In this document: piece by piece, positions 18,059 to 27,628 of the stretch
How the letters are laid out: the number at the start of each line of letters is the position of its first letter
How positions within the stretch are numbered: position 1 is the first letter of the stretch
Assembly: GCF_000039765.1 (NCBI RefSeq)
Contig: NC_004460.2
Coordinates: 270,001 to 302,000 of the forward strand
Source: Vibrio vulnificus CMCP6
GTDB lineage: Bacteria > Pseudomonadota > Gammaproteobacteria > Enterobacterales > Vibrionaceae
DNA length: 32,000 bases
Reading direction: 5' to 3'
The notes under the pieces: generated by a model
What the model was told of the DNA's origin: nothing
Databases searched by the model: none
The model's input: the letters and a program-made list of their open reading frames with translations, nothing else
Program-made: the position numbers and the translations under genes

Positions 18059-18598
18059 TTATTTGGGTGACCACTGCGATCTTAGAACTGCCAATACCAC
18101 CGTGTTCCACCAAGTCTCTTTAAAGAAGCGGTTTTCTATGAACTCCGCTTCCTGTGTCATGCCAAGTTGACGGCATAACTTAATCGCTGGGCGATTTTTT
18201 GAAATAGTTTCGGCGTAAACCCGATGGACATTCAGTTGGTTAAAAGCGAAATCGAGTAGGGCAGACATCGCTTCTACCGCTAAACCACTGTGATGAAAAG
18301 TGCGTTTTAAACCGCAACCACTTGAGGCTTGTTGATCATTTTCCAGTCTCAGTCCTGCAATGCCCATGTACTCGCCAGTAAAGCGATCTGTGACAGCAAG
18401 ATGGAAGGCTTGCCGAGGAGATTGCTGTGCTTGCTCATAGAATAAGTTCACTAAGAATGCACATTTCTCTGCTGAGCAATCTTCAACGGAATAAAAACGT
18501 TGGTATTTTGGGTCTTGGCACTGTTGAAAATACGCTTCAACATCGTGAGGCGTGAAATCACGCAGAATCAATCGTTCGGTTGTAATGGTAAATGTCAC
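18059..18598 (-). CDS. GNAT-family N-acetyltransferase (RimJ/RimL-like)
   Basis: TERLILRDFTPHDVEAYF…YMGIAGLRLENDQQASSGCGLKRTFHHSGLAVEAMSALLDFAFNQLNVHRVYAETISKNRPAIKLCRQLGM. Start is GTG. Confidence 0.88.
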   Translation of the reverse strand: MTFTITTERLILRDFTPHDVEAYFQQCQDPKYQRFYSVEDCSAEKCAFLVNLFYEQAQQSPRQAFHLAVTDRFTGEYMGIAGLRLENDQQASSGCGLKRTFHHSGLAVEAMSALLDFAFNQLNVHRVYAETISKNRPAIKLCRQLGMTQEAEFIENRFFKETWWNTVVLAVLRSQWSPK

Positions 18599-18682
18599 AG
18601 ATAGCCCACCTCACTGATAGTTAAGAATAACTAAAGAAAAAGCGCAGTATAAACTGCGCTTTTTATGGACACACGTTATCCG

Positions 18683-20338
18683 TTAATGGTTGTTACGAAA
18701 CTGTGACTTTCGCATACGATTTAAAGCTGCCATCACATCAATTGGACGTGGTTTGGCGAGATCACCATGCTGAGGCATATTCTGGAACCAAGCATCGCCC
18801 AATAATTCGCTGATCTGTTTGGCTGGGTTTGAGTTCCATCCAGCGTGTTGGGCAAGCTGATACCAAACCCAACCAATCGCGTTGACTTCATCGCTCGACT
18901 CTAACTGCTCAAGCGCGGAGAGGTCTGTAAACTCTTTACCAAAGCGAAGGCTGTCTTTACCTTTCGCCGATACACGGAATTTCCCATCCGTTAGAATGTT
19001 CATCAACGCAGAGCAATGGAGTGCACGAGGAGGGAATGTCACCAAAGGTGCCTCAGATTCGTTGTGACGTTGAGTAGGGTGCAACTGAATCACCTCTTTC
19101 GCTTTCTCGGTCACATCTAATGCCTGATAGTCATGCATCTGGATAACGTTGTCGGCAACATCCAGATAATCGCCTGACCCGCCCATCACGATGATGGTGG
19201 AGATCTCCAATTCATCGCGCAATTGACCGATACGGTCCACCAGCGGTGTGATTGGCTCGTCACCCTTTGCCACAAGCGCTTGCATGCGCTCGTCGCGAAT
19301 CATGAAGTTTGTGGCTGATGTATCTTCATCAATCAATAGCGTTGAAGCGCCCGCTTCGACAGATTCTTGTAACCACGCTGCCTGAGAGGTGGAACCTGAT
19401 GCATCTTGCGTGGTGAAGTCTGCAGTATCTTTGCCCATTGGCAAATGATTAATGTAGTTGGAAAGATTCAAATGATGAACGCAGCGGCCTTCCTCAGCGC
19501 GAATTTTCATTGCTGAACCATCGGTGACAATGTATTCACGGCCATCACCAGGAATGTGATTGTAGATCGAGCGTTCAATGGCATTTAGCAGGGTAGATTT
19601 GCCATGAAAACCACCACCGACAATTAAAGTGATCCCTTTCGGAATCCCTAAGCCAGTGACATAGCCGCGATTTGGTGCATGTAACGTGACTTGCAGTGAT
19701 TCTGGTGCGGTGAACTCGACGGCGTCTTTCATTGGTAGATCGCAATTACCAGCCACTCGAGGCAAGATACTGCCATTGGCAACAAATGAAACAAGGCCAT
19801 TGACCTCAAGCTGTTCGCGTAATGCCTCTTGGTCTTCCACAACCTGACAGTGCGTCAATAGTGCCTCTTTATCAAGTTCACGTTCGATGGTGGAACGACG
19901 GATAAACTTCGGTAAGTGGAAGGTAATGATATTAATCGCTTTCTTTGCCAGAATGTCACGGCCTTCAGCGGGCAGGTTGACTCGAAAACGCAGTTCAATC
20001 CCTTCTTCCGTAAATAATACAGAAGTGCTGTCTAAAACGGTTTGTCCATGCAAAGAAATGGCAATGGCGTTTTCTTGTTTGGCGAATTCGGCGAAGCTAC
20101 GAGCAATGAAATCTCTTGCGCCAAGTTGGAACGCTGCAGACTCCTCTTTTAACCAAGAAAGCCCAGTTAAGGACCAAGCACGAAAAGCGCGGAAGCGTGA
20201 AGCAGAAGCGTAAGGGTCAGATTGGATATGATCAATAAACAGATCAAAATCGGTAAAATTGTACTGCCCTTTGATTTGCTGGTATGCACGATAATTTTGC
20301 TTTTCAAGCTTTTTGAGTTTTGCAATCAACTGGTCCAT
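18683..20338 (-). CDS. ABC-class ATPase domain protein (COG3044-like)
   Basis: Walker A GGGFHGKSTLLNAI, ASTLLIDEDTSATNFM, and IPLGMPMG-like segment LGIPKGITLIVGG; downstream IIVMGGSGDYLDVADNVIQM. The track start 20404 adds 22 codons before MDQLIAKLKKLEKQNYRAY. Confidence 0.85.
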   Translation of the reverse strand: MDQLIAKLKKLEKQNYRAYQQIKGQYNFTDFDLFIDHIQSDPYASASRFRAFRAWSLTGLSWLKEESAAFQLGARDFIARSFAEFAKQENAIAISLHGQTVLDSTSVLFTEEGIELRFRVNLPAEGRDILAKKAINIITFHLPKFIRRSTIERELDKEALLTHCQVVEDQEALREQLEVNGLVSFVANGSILPRVAGNCDLPMKDAVEFTAPESLQVTLHAPNRGYVTGLGIPKGITLIVGGGFHGKSTLLNAIERSIYNHIPGDGREYIVTDGSAMKIRAEEGRCVHHLNLSNYINHLPMGKDTADFTTQDASGSTSQAAWLQESVEAGASTLLIDEDTSATNFMIRDERMQALVAKGDEPITPLVDRIGQLRDELEISTIIVMGGSGDYLDVADNVIQMHDYQALDVTEKAKEVIQLHPTQRHNESEAPLVTFPPRALHCSALMNILTDGKFRVSAKGKDSLRFGKEFTDLSALEQLESSDEVNAIGWVWYQLAQHAGWNSNPAKQISELLGDAWFQNMPQHGDLAKPRPIDVMAALNRMRKSQFRNNH

Positions 20339-20456
20339 AACAAACAGCCTTTTAGAAACAGAAAAGCGGCGATTATAGAAATCGCCGACGTAAGAGTAAA
20401 GCAACTATATGGTGTGTGGCGTCTGCTTGTCGAAATTATCCCTAAAAGTGATGCAA

Positions 20457-22373
20457 TTATGTGTGATACGCGAAGCGAGGGGTGCCTAAAAAGTTCTGAC
20501 TGTATAAGCCTTGAACAAATTCACTGCCAGGCATTGGCTTGCCATACAGAAATCCTTGGCCAATATCGCATCCTTCGCGGATCAAGAAATCCTCTTGTAG
20601 GTCGGATTCGATGCCTTCCATCACCACCTCTAAATCGAGCTTTTTAGCCACATGGATAATTGAACGGATGATTTCTTTGTCTTCTTCCGACTTATCAATA
20701 TGTTGAACAAAACTCTTATCAATTTTTATCGCATCGAATGGATACTTTTTCAAATAACTGAAAGAGGCGTAGCCAGTACCAAAGTCATCAAGTGACAATG
20801 TCACTCCGAGTTCATGCAACCGTTCTAAGGTAGCACGTGCAACCACTTCATCACTGATCAAACCGCTTTCTGTTACCTCAAGTTCAAGATATTGAGCCGG
20901 AAGTTGGTAGGCGATGAGCAATTCCTGAACTTGCTCAGCAAAGAGGGGATTTTTAAGTTGAATCGCACTCACATTCACCGCCACTCGAAAATGTTCCACA
21001 ATCGCTGACCACTCTTTTGCTTTTTCGATCGCAGAGCGTAGTACAAACGCCCCGACTTCAAAGATCAGCCCGTTTTGCTCTGCCATATGAATCAGGGCTT
21101 CATTGGAAATGTCCCCCAAAACAGGGTGGCTCCAACGTAACAACGCCTCTGCGCCGATCCACTTGTGCGTTTGAGGGCAAACTTTCGGCTGAAAATAGAG
21201 CGTTAAATCGTCGTTTCTTACTGCTTGCAGTAAGTAGCTTTCGATTTGATTGTGGTGAAGTAAGGCATCTGCGTGAGTTGCTGAAAAATACGCGTATTGC
21301 TGGCCGGAATCTTTGCTCAAAACCATGGCCTGATTGGCATGCCTTAACAGTTGTTGAGCACTTTCGGTTGTTGAATCCGCCACCGCTAAACCAATGAATG
21401 CGTGCAAATGCGCTTCGCTTTCGCCCACTTTAAAGCCTCGTTGTCCGGCATTGATGATCCGGTTAAGCAGGTTGTCGAGGATATCAGTAACGTCATCCGC
21501 ACGAATCGCGATCACAAGATCGTGCGAGCTTGGGCGGCCAGTAATGGAATCGACAGATTCAATGACACCGATTTGGTTACGGTAGATTTTCAGCAAATCA
21601 TCCAATAGGGCAAACCCATATTTGGTTTGAATTGAACGGGCATTGGTGAATCCGATATGGATCACTACCAAACTGGAATCCCCAAGACGCCATTCGTCTA
21701 ACATCCTCTGTAAATGCTGCTCTAACGCGCATCGATTCAGAAAGCCTGTACCGTGGTCATGATGTTTCTGATAGTGCGCTTGCTGTTCTGCGGCTTTTCT
21801 ACGGTCAATTTCTTGGTTTAAGCTAAAACTAAGTTGAGCAAGATTGGTTGTACGCTTATCAACACGTTGTTTTAGCTGTTCGTTGAGGCGCAGTAATTTT
21901 TGATGTTGGTAGACCACAGACAGTTGCGCTTCTATCGAAGTTTGAAAACCAGCGAGCAATTCTCGATATGTTTGGCCAAAGTTGTTTTCTTTGTCATCTA
22001 GCATACAAATGGTGCCAAACACCTCACCATTTGGCCAAAGCAATGGCAAACCGCAGTAGGCGAGCATTCCCAATTTAATATCGGGATTGTGATCCCACTC
22101 CTTGTCGTTCAGAGCGTTAGGCACCAGCAATTCCGTGTTGTCTTCAATCACGGTTTCGCAGTAAAGACCATGGCCTAGCGATTCGCTATCTCCTTGATGA
22201 TAAGGGTTTAATGAACTTTGACTGGAGGAAAACACCTCAATGTGTTCGGGTTGGATACGCATAATCAATGCGGCGGGGACATCAACGATATACGCCAATA
22301 GGTTGACAATTCTCTGCCAACTTTCTTGCATTGCTTCTGGAATCTCATAATCCAACGTTCTGTATTTTGCCAT
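20457..22373 (-). CDS. GAF – degenerate GGDEF – EAL protein (putative c-di-GMP phosphodiesterase)
   Basis: N-terminal GAF-like region; GGDEF-like fold with the signature replaced by …ITGRPSSHDLVIAI; EAL motifs GAEALLRWSHP, YLELEVTES and LDDFGTGYASFSYLKKYPFDAIKIDKSFV present. ATG 22373 chosen over the track start 22439. Confidence 0.9.
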   Translation of the reverse strand: MAKYRTLDYEIPEAMQESWQRIVNLLAYIVDVPAALIMRIQPEHIEVFSSSQSSLNPYHQGDSESLGHGLYCETVIEDNTELLVPNALNDKEWDHNPDIKLGMLAYCGLPLLWPNGEVFGTICMLDDKENNFGQTYRELLAGFQTSIEAQLSVVYQHQKLLRLNEQLKQRVDKRTTNLAQLSFSLNQEIDRRKAAEQQAHYQKHHDHGTGFLNRCALEQHLQRMLDEWRLGDSSLVVIHIGFTNARSIQTKYGFALLDDLLKIYRNQIGVIESVDSITGRPSSHDLVIAIRADDVTDILDNLLNRIINAGQRGFKVGESEAHLHAFIGLAVADSTTESAQQLLRHANQAMVLSKDSGQQYAYFSATHADALLHHNQIESYLLQAVRNDDLTLYFQPKVCPQTHKWIGAEALLRWSHPVLGDISNEALIHMAEQNGLIFEVGAFVLRSAIEKAKEWSAIVEHFRVAVNVSAIQLKNPLFAEQVQELLIAYQLPAQYLELEVTESGLISDEVVARATLERLHELGVTLSLDDFGTGYASFSYLKKYPFDAIKIDKSFVQHIDKSEEDKEIIRSIIHVAKKLDLEVVMEGIESDLQEDFLIREGCDIGQGFLYGKPMPGSEFVQGLYSQNFLGTPRFAYHT

Positions 22374-22474
22374 TGAGCAAACATCCTTGTTTGAATGAGC
22401 TTTGAGCTCATGTTTTAAAATTATAATGACGGCAAACATCCTTGTTAGTATAGGGGCTAGAGTTGGCGTTACCC

Positions 22475-22502
22475 AAAAAAAAGTCCCGAAATCGTTCGGG
22501 AC
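22475..22502 (-). terminator. Rho-independent terminator downstream of fabV
   Basis: GTCCCGA(22483-22489)-AATCGT-TCGGGAC(22496-22502); on the minus strand followed by eight Ts (22482-22475). Confidence 0.9.
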
Positions 22503-22545
22503 GGGGAAATAAAAGATTGAATCTCAATAATGGAACACTGTGTAG

Positions 22546-23748
22546 CTAAGGCGTTAATTTCAAAATTGTTTGTAAGTCAATATCTTGTGAATAGTCAACT
22601 TCGTCAAATCCGAAACCATTGAGCTGTAAAAACTCGTTTTTAAACCCTTGGTAATCACCGATTACTTGGAAATTATTGGCATCCATTTCTTCTAGAATCT
22701 GGTTCACTTTATTTTGAATATGAGGCGCCAGTTCCCAATCATCCATCCGGACCAATCGCTCACCATCAACGCTGATGTGGTCTTGCCCATAAAGCTTCGT
22801 TGCGAATAAGCGCTGCATTTGCTCAATGCATCCTTCGTGGCATTTTTCGTCTTTCATCACTCGATAAAGTGCGAGCAGGTAAGGGGACAATGCAGGAATA
22901 AATACACTGGCTTTCGTCACCAATGCCTTACAAACCGTGGCATACGCTGCGCCGTCAAAATTGGCCAGTTTCAAGTTCAAAGAATGGCTGGTTTGATGAA
23001 GGTCGATCTTTGCACGCCCTAAGGTGCCATCAAGGTAGATTGGATGTGTGATTTCAGGCCCTACATAGGAAAACGCGATGGTTTGGCATCCTTGAGCAAT
23101 GGATTCGGCATTAATGAGCGTGTCGATCCAGCTTTCCCAATCTTCACCGCCCATGACCTTAATGGTGTGCAATGCTTCTTCTTCTGTAGCCGATTCGAGG
23201 GTGGTATCAATCCAGCGATCATGCTCTAAGTCGAACGATGCTCCGGTCACTGTTTGGCCAAAAGGTTTAATCACACTTCGCCAAAATTCACCCGGTTGAT
23301 TTGATATCGGTCGCATGCCTGTTGCGAGGCTGTAGATAACGAGGTCAACCTCACCTTCGAAATAGGTTTCGATCGCCTCAATCACTTGGGTACGAGTTTC
23401 GGAAGCAAAAGCATCACCAACAATATTAATTGCAATACGGCCTTCTTTTTCAGCTTCACGTTTAAAAAAAACATTGTTGTACCAGCCCGCGCTGCCTGTT
23501 CCTTTTTCAGAAGGGCCTCGTTCAAATGAAACACCGATGGTGTCTGCTTGCGCACCACCAAAAGTGAGGGCTATCCGAGCGGCAAGGCCAAAACCAGAAG
23601 ATGCACCGAGAATAAGGACACGTTTAGGTCCTTGTGAAATCTGTGGTGCATTTTTAACAAATGCTATCTGTTTTTTTATTGCTGCTTCACAACCAAAAGG
23701 ATGAGCAGAACGAGCAACAACGCCTTGAATAATCGGTTCTATACGCAT
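22546..23748 (-). CDS. fabV: Enoyl-[acyl-carrier-protein] reductase / trans-2-enoyl-CoA reductase FabV
   Basis: 400 aa; MRIEPIIQGVVARSAHPFGCEAAIKKQI, VLILGASSGFGLAARI, FEKGPSEKGTGSAGWYN, YSLATGMRP and AFSYVGPEITHPIYLDGTLGRAKIDL are FabV-family segments. Confidence 0.95.
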   Translation of the reverse strand: MRIEPIIQGVVARSAHPFGCEAAIKKQIAFVKNAPQISQGPKRVLILGASSGFGLAARIALTFGGAQADTIGVSFERGPSEKGTGSAGWYNNVFFKREAEKEGRIAINIVGDAFASETRTQVIEAIETYFEGEVDLVIYSLATGMRPISNQPGEFWRSVIKPFGQTVTGASFDLEHDRWIDTTLESATEEEALHTIKVMGGEDWESWIDTLINAESIAQGCQTIAFSYVGPEITHPIYLDGTLGRAKIDLHQTSHSLNLKLANFDGAAYATVCKALVTKASVFIPALSPYLLALYRVMKDEKCHEGCIEQMQRLFATKLYGQDHISVDGERLVRMDDWELAPHIQNKVNQILEEMDANNFQVIGDYQGFKNEFLQLNGFGFDEVDYSQDIDLQTILKLTP

Positions 23749-23826
23749 GCACTATTCCTGATTCGGGGAGAATTGCATTAGGCTAACGTAAAGAAACGTA
23801 AAATGATTTGAGCTAGGCCATTAAAA

Positions 23827-24429
23827 TCAGAGATGTTTGTAAAACGTTTTTGCAACAAATTGAGCGATCCAAGGCTGAGCTTCGGGCATTGGATGTAAGC
23901 CATCAGGCATCATCCACTCCGGTTTGACGATCACTTGTTCTAAGAAAAACGGCAGGAGTGGCACTTGATGATGTTCGGCAAGCGTAGGATAGAGTTCAAC
24001 AAATGCATCCGTGTAGCGCTTGCCATAGTTAGGTGGGACACGAATTTGCATCAGTGCGACTTTAGCGTCTGAGGCTTTGCTTAATTGAATCATTCGCGAA
24101 AGGTTTGAAGAGATCACTTTATGTGGAAAACCTCGCAAGCCATCATTGGCCCCCAGCTCAATAAGCACCCAGTCTGGTGAGTGCGTTTTTAACAACTCAG
24201 GCAGACGAGATAGTCCATTGCCGGTTGTGTCTCCAGAGATACTGGCGTTGATCACTTCTACGTTTTTTCCGTATGTATTCAATGCTTCTGGTAACAAATT
24301 TGGCCAAGCCTGCTCTGCAGACATGTTGTATCCTGCACTTAGGCTGTCGCCAACAATTAACACTTTCTCGGTTGCGTGTGCGACGCTAGAAAGGAAAAAC
24401 ATTATAAGTAAGGAAAACAATCTGACCAT
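23827..24429 (-). CDS. tesA: Multifunctional acyl-CoA thioesterase I / lysophospholipase L1 (GDSL esterase)
   Basis: Signal peptide MVRLFSLLIMFFLSSVAHA, block I GDSLSAGYNM, block III GANDGLRG and block V DGLHP. The extra N-terminal residues in the track ORF (to 24627) look unrelated; ATG 24429 has GGAG upstream. Confidence 0.93.
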   Translation of the reverse strand: MVRLFSLLIMFFLSSVAHATEKVLIVGDSLSAGYNMSAEQAWPNLLPEALNTYGKNVEVINASISGDTTGNGLSRLPELLKTHSPDWVLIELGANDGLRGFPHKVISSNLSRMIQLSKASDAKVALMQIRVPPNYGKRYTDAFVELYPTLAEHHQVPLLPFFLEQVIVKPEWMMPDGLHPMPEAQPWIAQFVAKTFYKHL

Positions 24430-25105
24430 GCCATCTCCAGTAATTAAAGCGGAATCCGTTAGTAAACAAGTCTCTACTAATAATGAGCAGTTAACAATCC
24501 TTAAAAATGTAAATGTTGTCATTGAAGAAGGTGAAAGCGTTGCGATTGTCGGTACCTCTGGTGCCGGTAAGTCTACTCTGATGACGCTTCTGGCTGGTTT
24601 AGATGTGGCGACCTCCGGTGACGTCACGTTGTTAGGACAAGCATTATCTCAGCTCGATGATGAACAACGAGCGCAAATTCGTAGCGAATATATTGGTTTT
24701 GTGTTTCAGAGTTTTCTCTTAATCCCTAGCTTAACAGCCCTACAAAATGTCACGTTGCCATGTTTGTTAAAAGGTGAGGAAGAAGACCACGAGCGAGCCA
24801 AAGCGCTGTTGGCCTCGGTAGGGCTGGCTTCTCGTATTCAACATCTCCCAAGCCAGCTTTCGGGTGGCGAGCAACAGCGCGTTGCCTTAGCTCGCGCATT
24901 CATGACTCAACCTAAAATTTTGTTTGCAGATGAACCAACCGGCAACTTAGACCAACACACCGCAGAAAAAATCATCGATCTGTTATTTGAACTGAATCAA
25001 CAACATGGTACGACGTTAGTGCTTGTGACGCACGACGACAATCTGGCCAGGCGTTGTCAGAAGGTCATTAAAATGGATGCTGGCCAACTTGTTGGAGAGG
25101 GGTAA
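24428..25105 (+). CDS. ybbA: ABC transporter ATP-binding protein (YbbA-like)
   Basis: Walker A GTSGAGKSTL, signature LSGGEQQRVALARA, Walker B ILFADEPTGNLD. True start is MPSPVIKAESVSKQ at 24428; the track extension to 24146 is antisense to tesA. Confidence 0.93.
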   Translation: MPSPVIKAESVSKQVSTNNEQLTILKNVNVVIEEGESVAIVGTSGAGKSTLMTLLAGLDVATSGDVTLLGQALSQLDDEQRAQIRSEYIGFVFQSFLLIPSLTALQNVTLPCLLKGEEEDHERAKALLASVGLASRIQHLPSQLSGGEQQRVALARAFMTQPKILFADEPTGNLDQHTAEKIIDLLFELNQQHGTTLVLVTHDDNLARRCQKVIKMDAGQLVGEG

Positions 25106-25106
25106 T

Positions 25107-27548
25107 ATGATTAAGTACTCTCTCAATCGCAGGTTAACTCTTTGGAGCCTCGAAGAGATTCGGCACGGTAATTTGTGGCCAATAAGCGTGGCGTTGATTC
25201 TCATTATCTCGTCTGTTTTTGCGTTGTCCGCGTTGGCTACTCGCATGGAACAAGTGATTGTTAAGCAGGGCAAAGATGCGTTAACAGCGGACACCGTTTT
25301 CGTTTCTGCCAATCCGATACCGCAAACGCTCGATCTGGCCATCGCAGCGCAAGATGTGCAAGCCTCGAAAATGACTCGTTTTGCGACTATGGCGTTTAGC
25401 GACAACGAAATGCAGTTAGTCACCGTAAAAGCAGTTGAAGAAAGTTATCCACTGCTCGGAGAGTTGGTTTTATCTCGGGGCGAAGAGAAACAACGGCACG
25501 TCAAACCAGGAGAGCTTTGGCTTGACGGTCGAGTTATGGAAAGATTGTCGGTCAAGGTGAGTGACGTTGTCACCATTGGTGATGCCGATTTTCCGGTCAC
25601 TGGCGTGATAGAGGCGGAACCTGGATTAAGTTTTAACCCGTTCCAACAAATGCCTGCGGTTTACATTCATCAGTCAGACGTTGATAAAACGGGTGCGATT
25701 CAAGTAGGTAGTCGAGTTCAATATCGCGTCTATCTGGTTGGTGAAAGGCCGTCGTTAACCACGATTAAATCCGCTGTAGAGCTCAGCCCAAGCGATCGTT
25801 GGCGAGATCAAGAAAACGCGGATCGCTCTAGCGAAGTGTTTGAGCGTACCAGCCAATACCTCTCTCTAACGGTTGCAATTGTCATCATTATGGCAGCCAC
25901 GACTTTGGTTCTGACTTGTCAAAATTACGTTGTCACGCGAAAACAAACCATCGCGATGTTAAAAAGTATTGGCGCACAACGCGGTTGGATTATTCGCTGG
26001 TTGGCCATTCAATTGTCACTGCTGTTTCTTTTTGCCGCGCTGGTTGGTTTACTCATCGGGCTGGGGCTCGAACAGCTATTGAGAATTCCACTCAAAGACC
26101 TGCTTCCAGAACCACTGCCAAGCTTTGGTATTGAGCCGTTTTTAGTGTCGTTAGCAACGGCTTTTTGTATTGCTGTACCGTCGTTGGGGATCCCGCTTTC
26201 ATCATTATTGAAAACTTCGGCGGTTAGCGTGATGCAACCCGATGACGGATCGCAACAAAAAATAGGTAAAAGTGGGTGGCTGGTTTTGGTTCCCGTGGTG
26301 CCTATGTTAGTCAATTACTACAACAACGTAATGGTATGGGTTGTTTTAGCGGCAATTTTGATTCTATTTGTGGTACTCGCGGCCTTTGGGTTGTTGGTCA
26401 GTCGGGGGCTGATGCGTTTTCCTTTGGCGACACCGATTAAGCTCGCATTAAGCCGGATAAATCGCTCAGCATTGGCGAGTGGCTTGCAATTGGGGGCATT
26501 TGCACTTTCTTTGATGTTGCTGGCGATCATTTGGCTAGTACGGACTGATTTGTTGCTTGATTGGCAACGTACATTACCTGCGGATGCGCCCAACGTTTTT
26601 GCGCTCAATATCGCTGACTATGAAAAAGAGAGCTACTTAAACGCACTGGATGAAAATCAAGTGTTACGCTCTGAAGCTTATCCCATTATTCGTGGACGCT
26701 TTACTGAAATTAATGGTGTCGACGTCAAACAAGATCAGCAACAAGGTCGCCAAGAGCGAAGCGATGCAATCAGCCGAGAGCTCAACCTGACGTGGTCTGA
26801 TCACCTACCAAACTATAACCAAGTGTTGCAAGGTGAATGGCAAGCCAAAAATGCGGTCTCAGTAGAATCCGAAGTTGCTAGTGAGCTGGGCATCAAAATC
26901 GGCGATGTACTGACGTTTGTAATCAACAGCCAGCCCATTAAGGCGACCGTCAACACAATACGGAAAGTAGAATGGCGGGACATGAAGCCAAACTTCTATT
27001 TCATCTTCTCAAATGATGTGATGGCAAACATGCCGGGTTCATACTTAGTGAGCTATCGAATTGACGAAAATCAGGGCGGGATTCTTAACCAACTCTCTCG
27101 TCAGCACCCGACGGTCAGCGTGCTTGATATTCGGACTATGGCGACGAAAATTCAAAGCCTGATCGAGCAAATCGTTTGGTCTATCTCGATACTCGCTATT
27201 TTGGGAGTTATTGCCGGCGTTATGCTGATCTTTACCTTGCTCCGGTTGAGTTTATCGCAGCGTCAACAAGAAATTCGTTTGTATCGTACGTTAGGTGCTT
27301 CGAAAAAGCGGGTAACTCAGACGATCTGGGCGGAATTTGGCTTGATGGCCATCATTGCGAGCTTGGTGGCAACACTCGGTGCAGAGTTGGCCGTCGCAGG
27401 CGTTATGCACTTTGGCTTCGAGCTCTCCACTCAAATTCATCCGCAGTTATGGGTAATGCTGCCACTGTTGGCGTTACTGACGTTGTTCGCGGTTGTCTTA
27501 AGTTTAATCAAGCAGTTATTGACGCCTGTTAACAACAGTTACGCCTAA
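25107..27548 (+). CDS. ybbP: FtsX/MacB-like ABC permease (YbbP-like)
   Basis: About 813 aa with duplicated FtsX-like permease segments (IVIIMAATTLVLTCQNYVVTRKQTIAMLKSIGAQRGWI…; …LLRLSLSQRQQEIRLYRTLGASKKRV…). ATG 25107 begins one base after the ybbA stop. Confidence 0.92.
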   Translation: MIKYSLNRRLTLWSLEEIRHGNLWPISVALILIISSVFALSALATRMEQVIVKQGKDALTADTVFVSANPIPQTLDLAIAAQDVQASKMTRFATMAFSDNEMQLVTVKAVEESYPLLGELVLSRGEEKQRHVKPGELWLDGRVMERLSVKVSDVVTIGDADFPVTGVIEAEPGLSFNPFQQMPAVYIHQSDVDKTGAIQVGSRVQYRVYLVGERPSLTTIKSAVELSPSDRWRDQENADRSSEVFERTSQYLSLTVAIVIIMAATTLVLTCQNYVVTRKQTIAMLKSIGAQRGWIIRWLAIQLSLLFLFAALVGLLIGLGLEQLLRIPLKDLLPEPLPSFGIEPFLVSLATAFCIAVPSLGIPLSSLLKTSAVSVMQPDDGSQQKIGKSGWLVLVPVVPMLVNYYNNVMVWVVLAAILILFVVLAAFGLLVSRGLMRFPLATPIKLALSRINRSALASGLQLGAFALSLMLLAIIWLVRTDLLLDWQRTLPADAPNVFALNIADYEKESYLNALDENQVLRSEAYPIIRGRFTEINGVDVKQDQQQGRQERSDAISRELNLTWSDHLPNYNQVLQGEWQAKNAVSVESEVASELGIKIGDVLTFVINSQPIKATVNTIRKVEWRDMKPNFYFIFSNDVMANMPGSYLVSYRIDENQGGILNQLSRQHPTVSVLDIRTMATKIQSLIEQIVWSISILAILGVIAGVMLIFTLLRLSLSQRQQEIRLYRTLGASKKRVTQTIWAEFGLMAIIASLVATLGAELAVAGVMHFGFELSTQIHPQLWVMLPLLALLTLFAVVLSLIKQLLTPVNNSYA

Positions 27549-27628
27549 TTGCACACTTCACTTATCCCAGTTATCCACAAAATCAGTGGATAACTTTTGG
27601 GATAAGTGAATGCCCAAAATAGTGCAAT
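27548..27628. repeat. Nested inverted repeat containing DnaA-box-like sequences
   Basis: Outer arms ATTGCAC(27548-27554)/GTGCAAT(27622-27628); middle arms TTCACTTATCCCA(27557-27569)/TGGGATAAGTGAA(27598-27610); inner arms GTTATCCAC(27570-27578)/GTGGATAAC(27586-27594). The middle plus inner arms make a 22-bp stem with a 3-nt bulge and 7-nt loop. Confidence 0.85.

Noticed and set aside
24146-24427. 94-residue N-terminal extension of the ABC ATPase in the track
   Set aside because: It is read antisense through tesA; family alignment begins at MPSPVIKAESVSK (24428).
24430-24627. N-terminal extension of tesA in the track
   Set aside because: It is antisense to the ybbA ATP-binding domain. The signal peptide begins at MVRLFSLL (24429) with a proper ribosome-binding site.
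25916-27532. Antisense and alternate-frame ORFs inside ybbP (25916..26134, 26009..26314, 26318..26608, 27176..27532)
   Set aside because: They overlap a well-supported permease coding frame and have low-complexity Ser/Asn- or Arg-rich composition typical of shadow ORFs.
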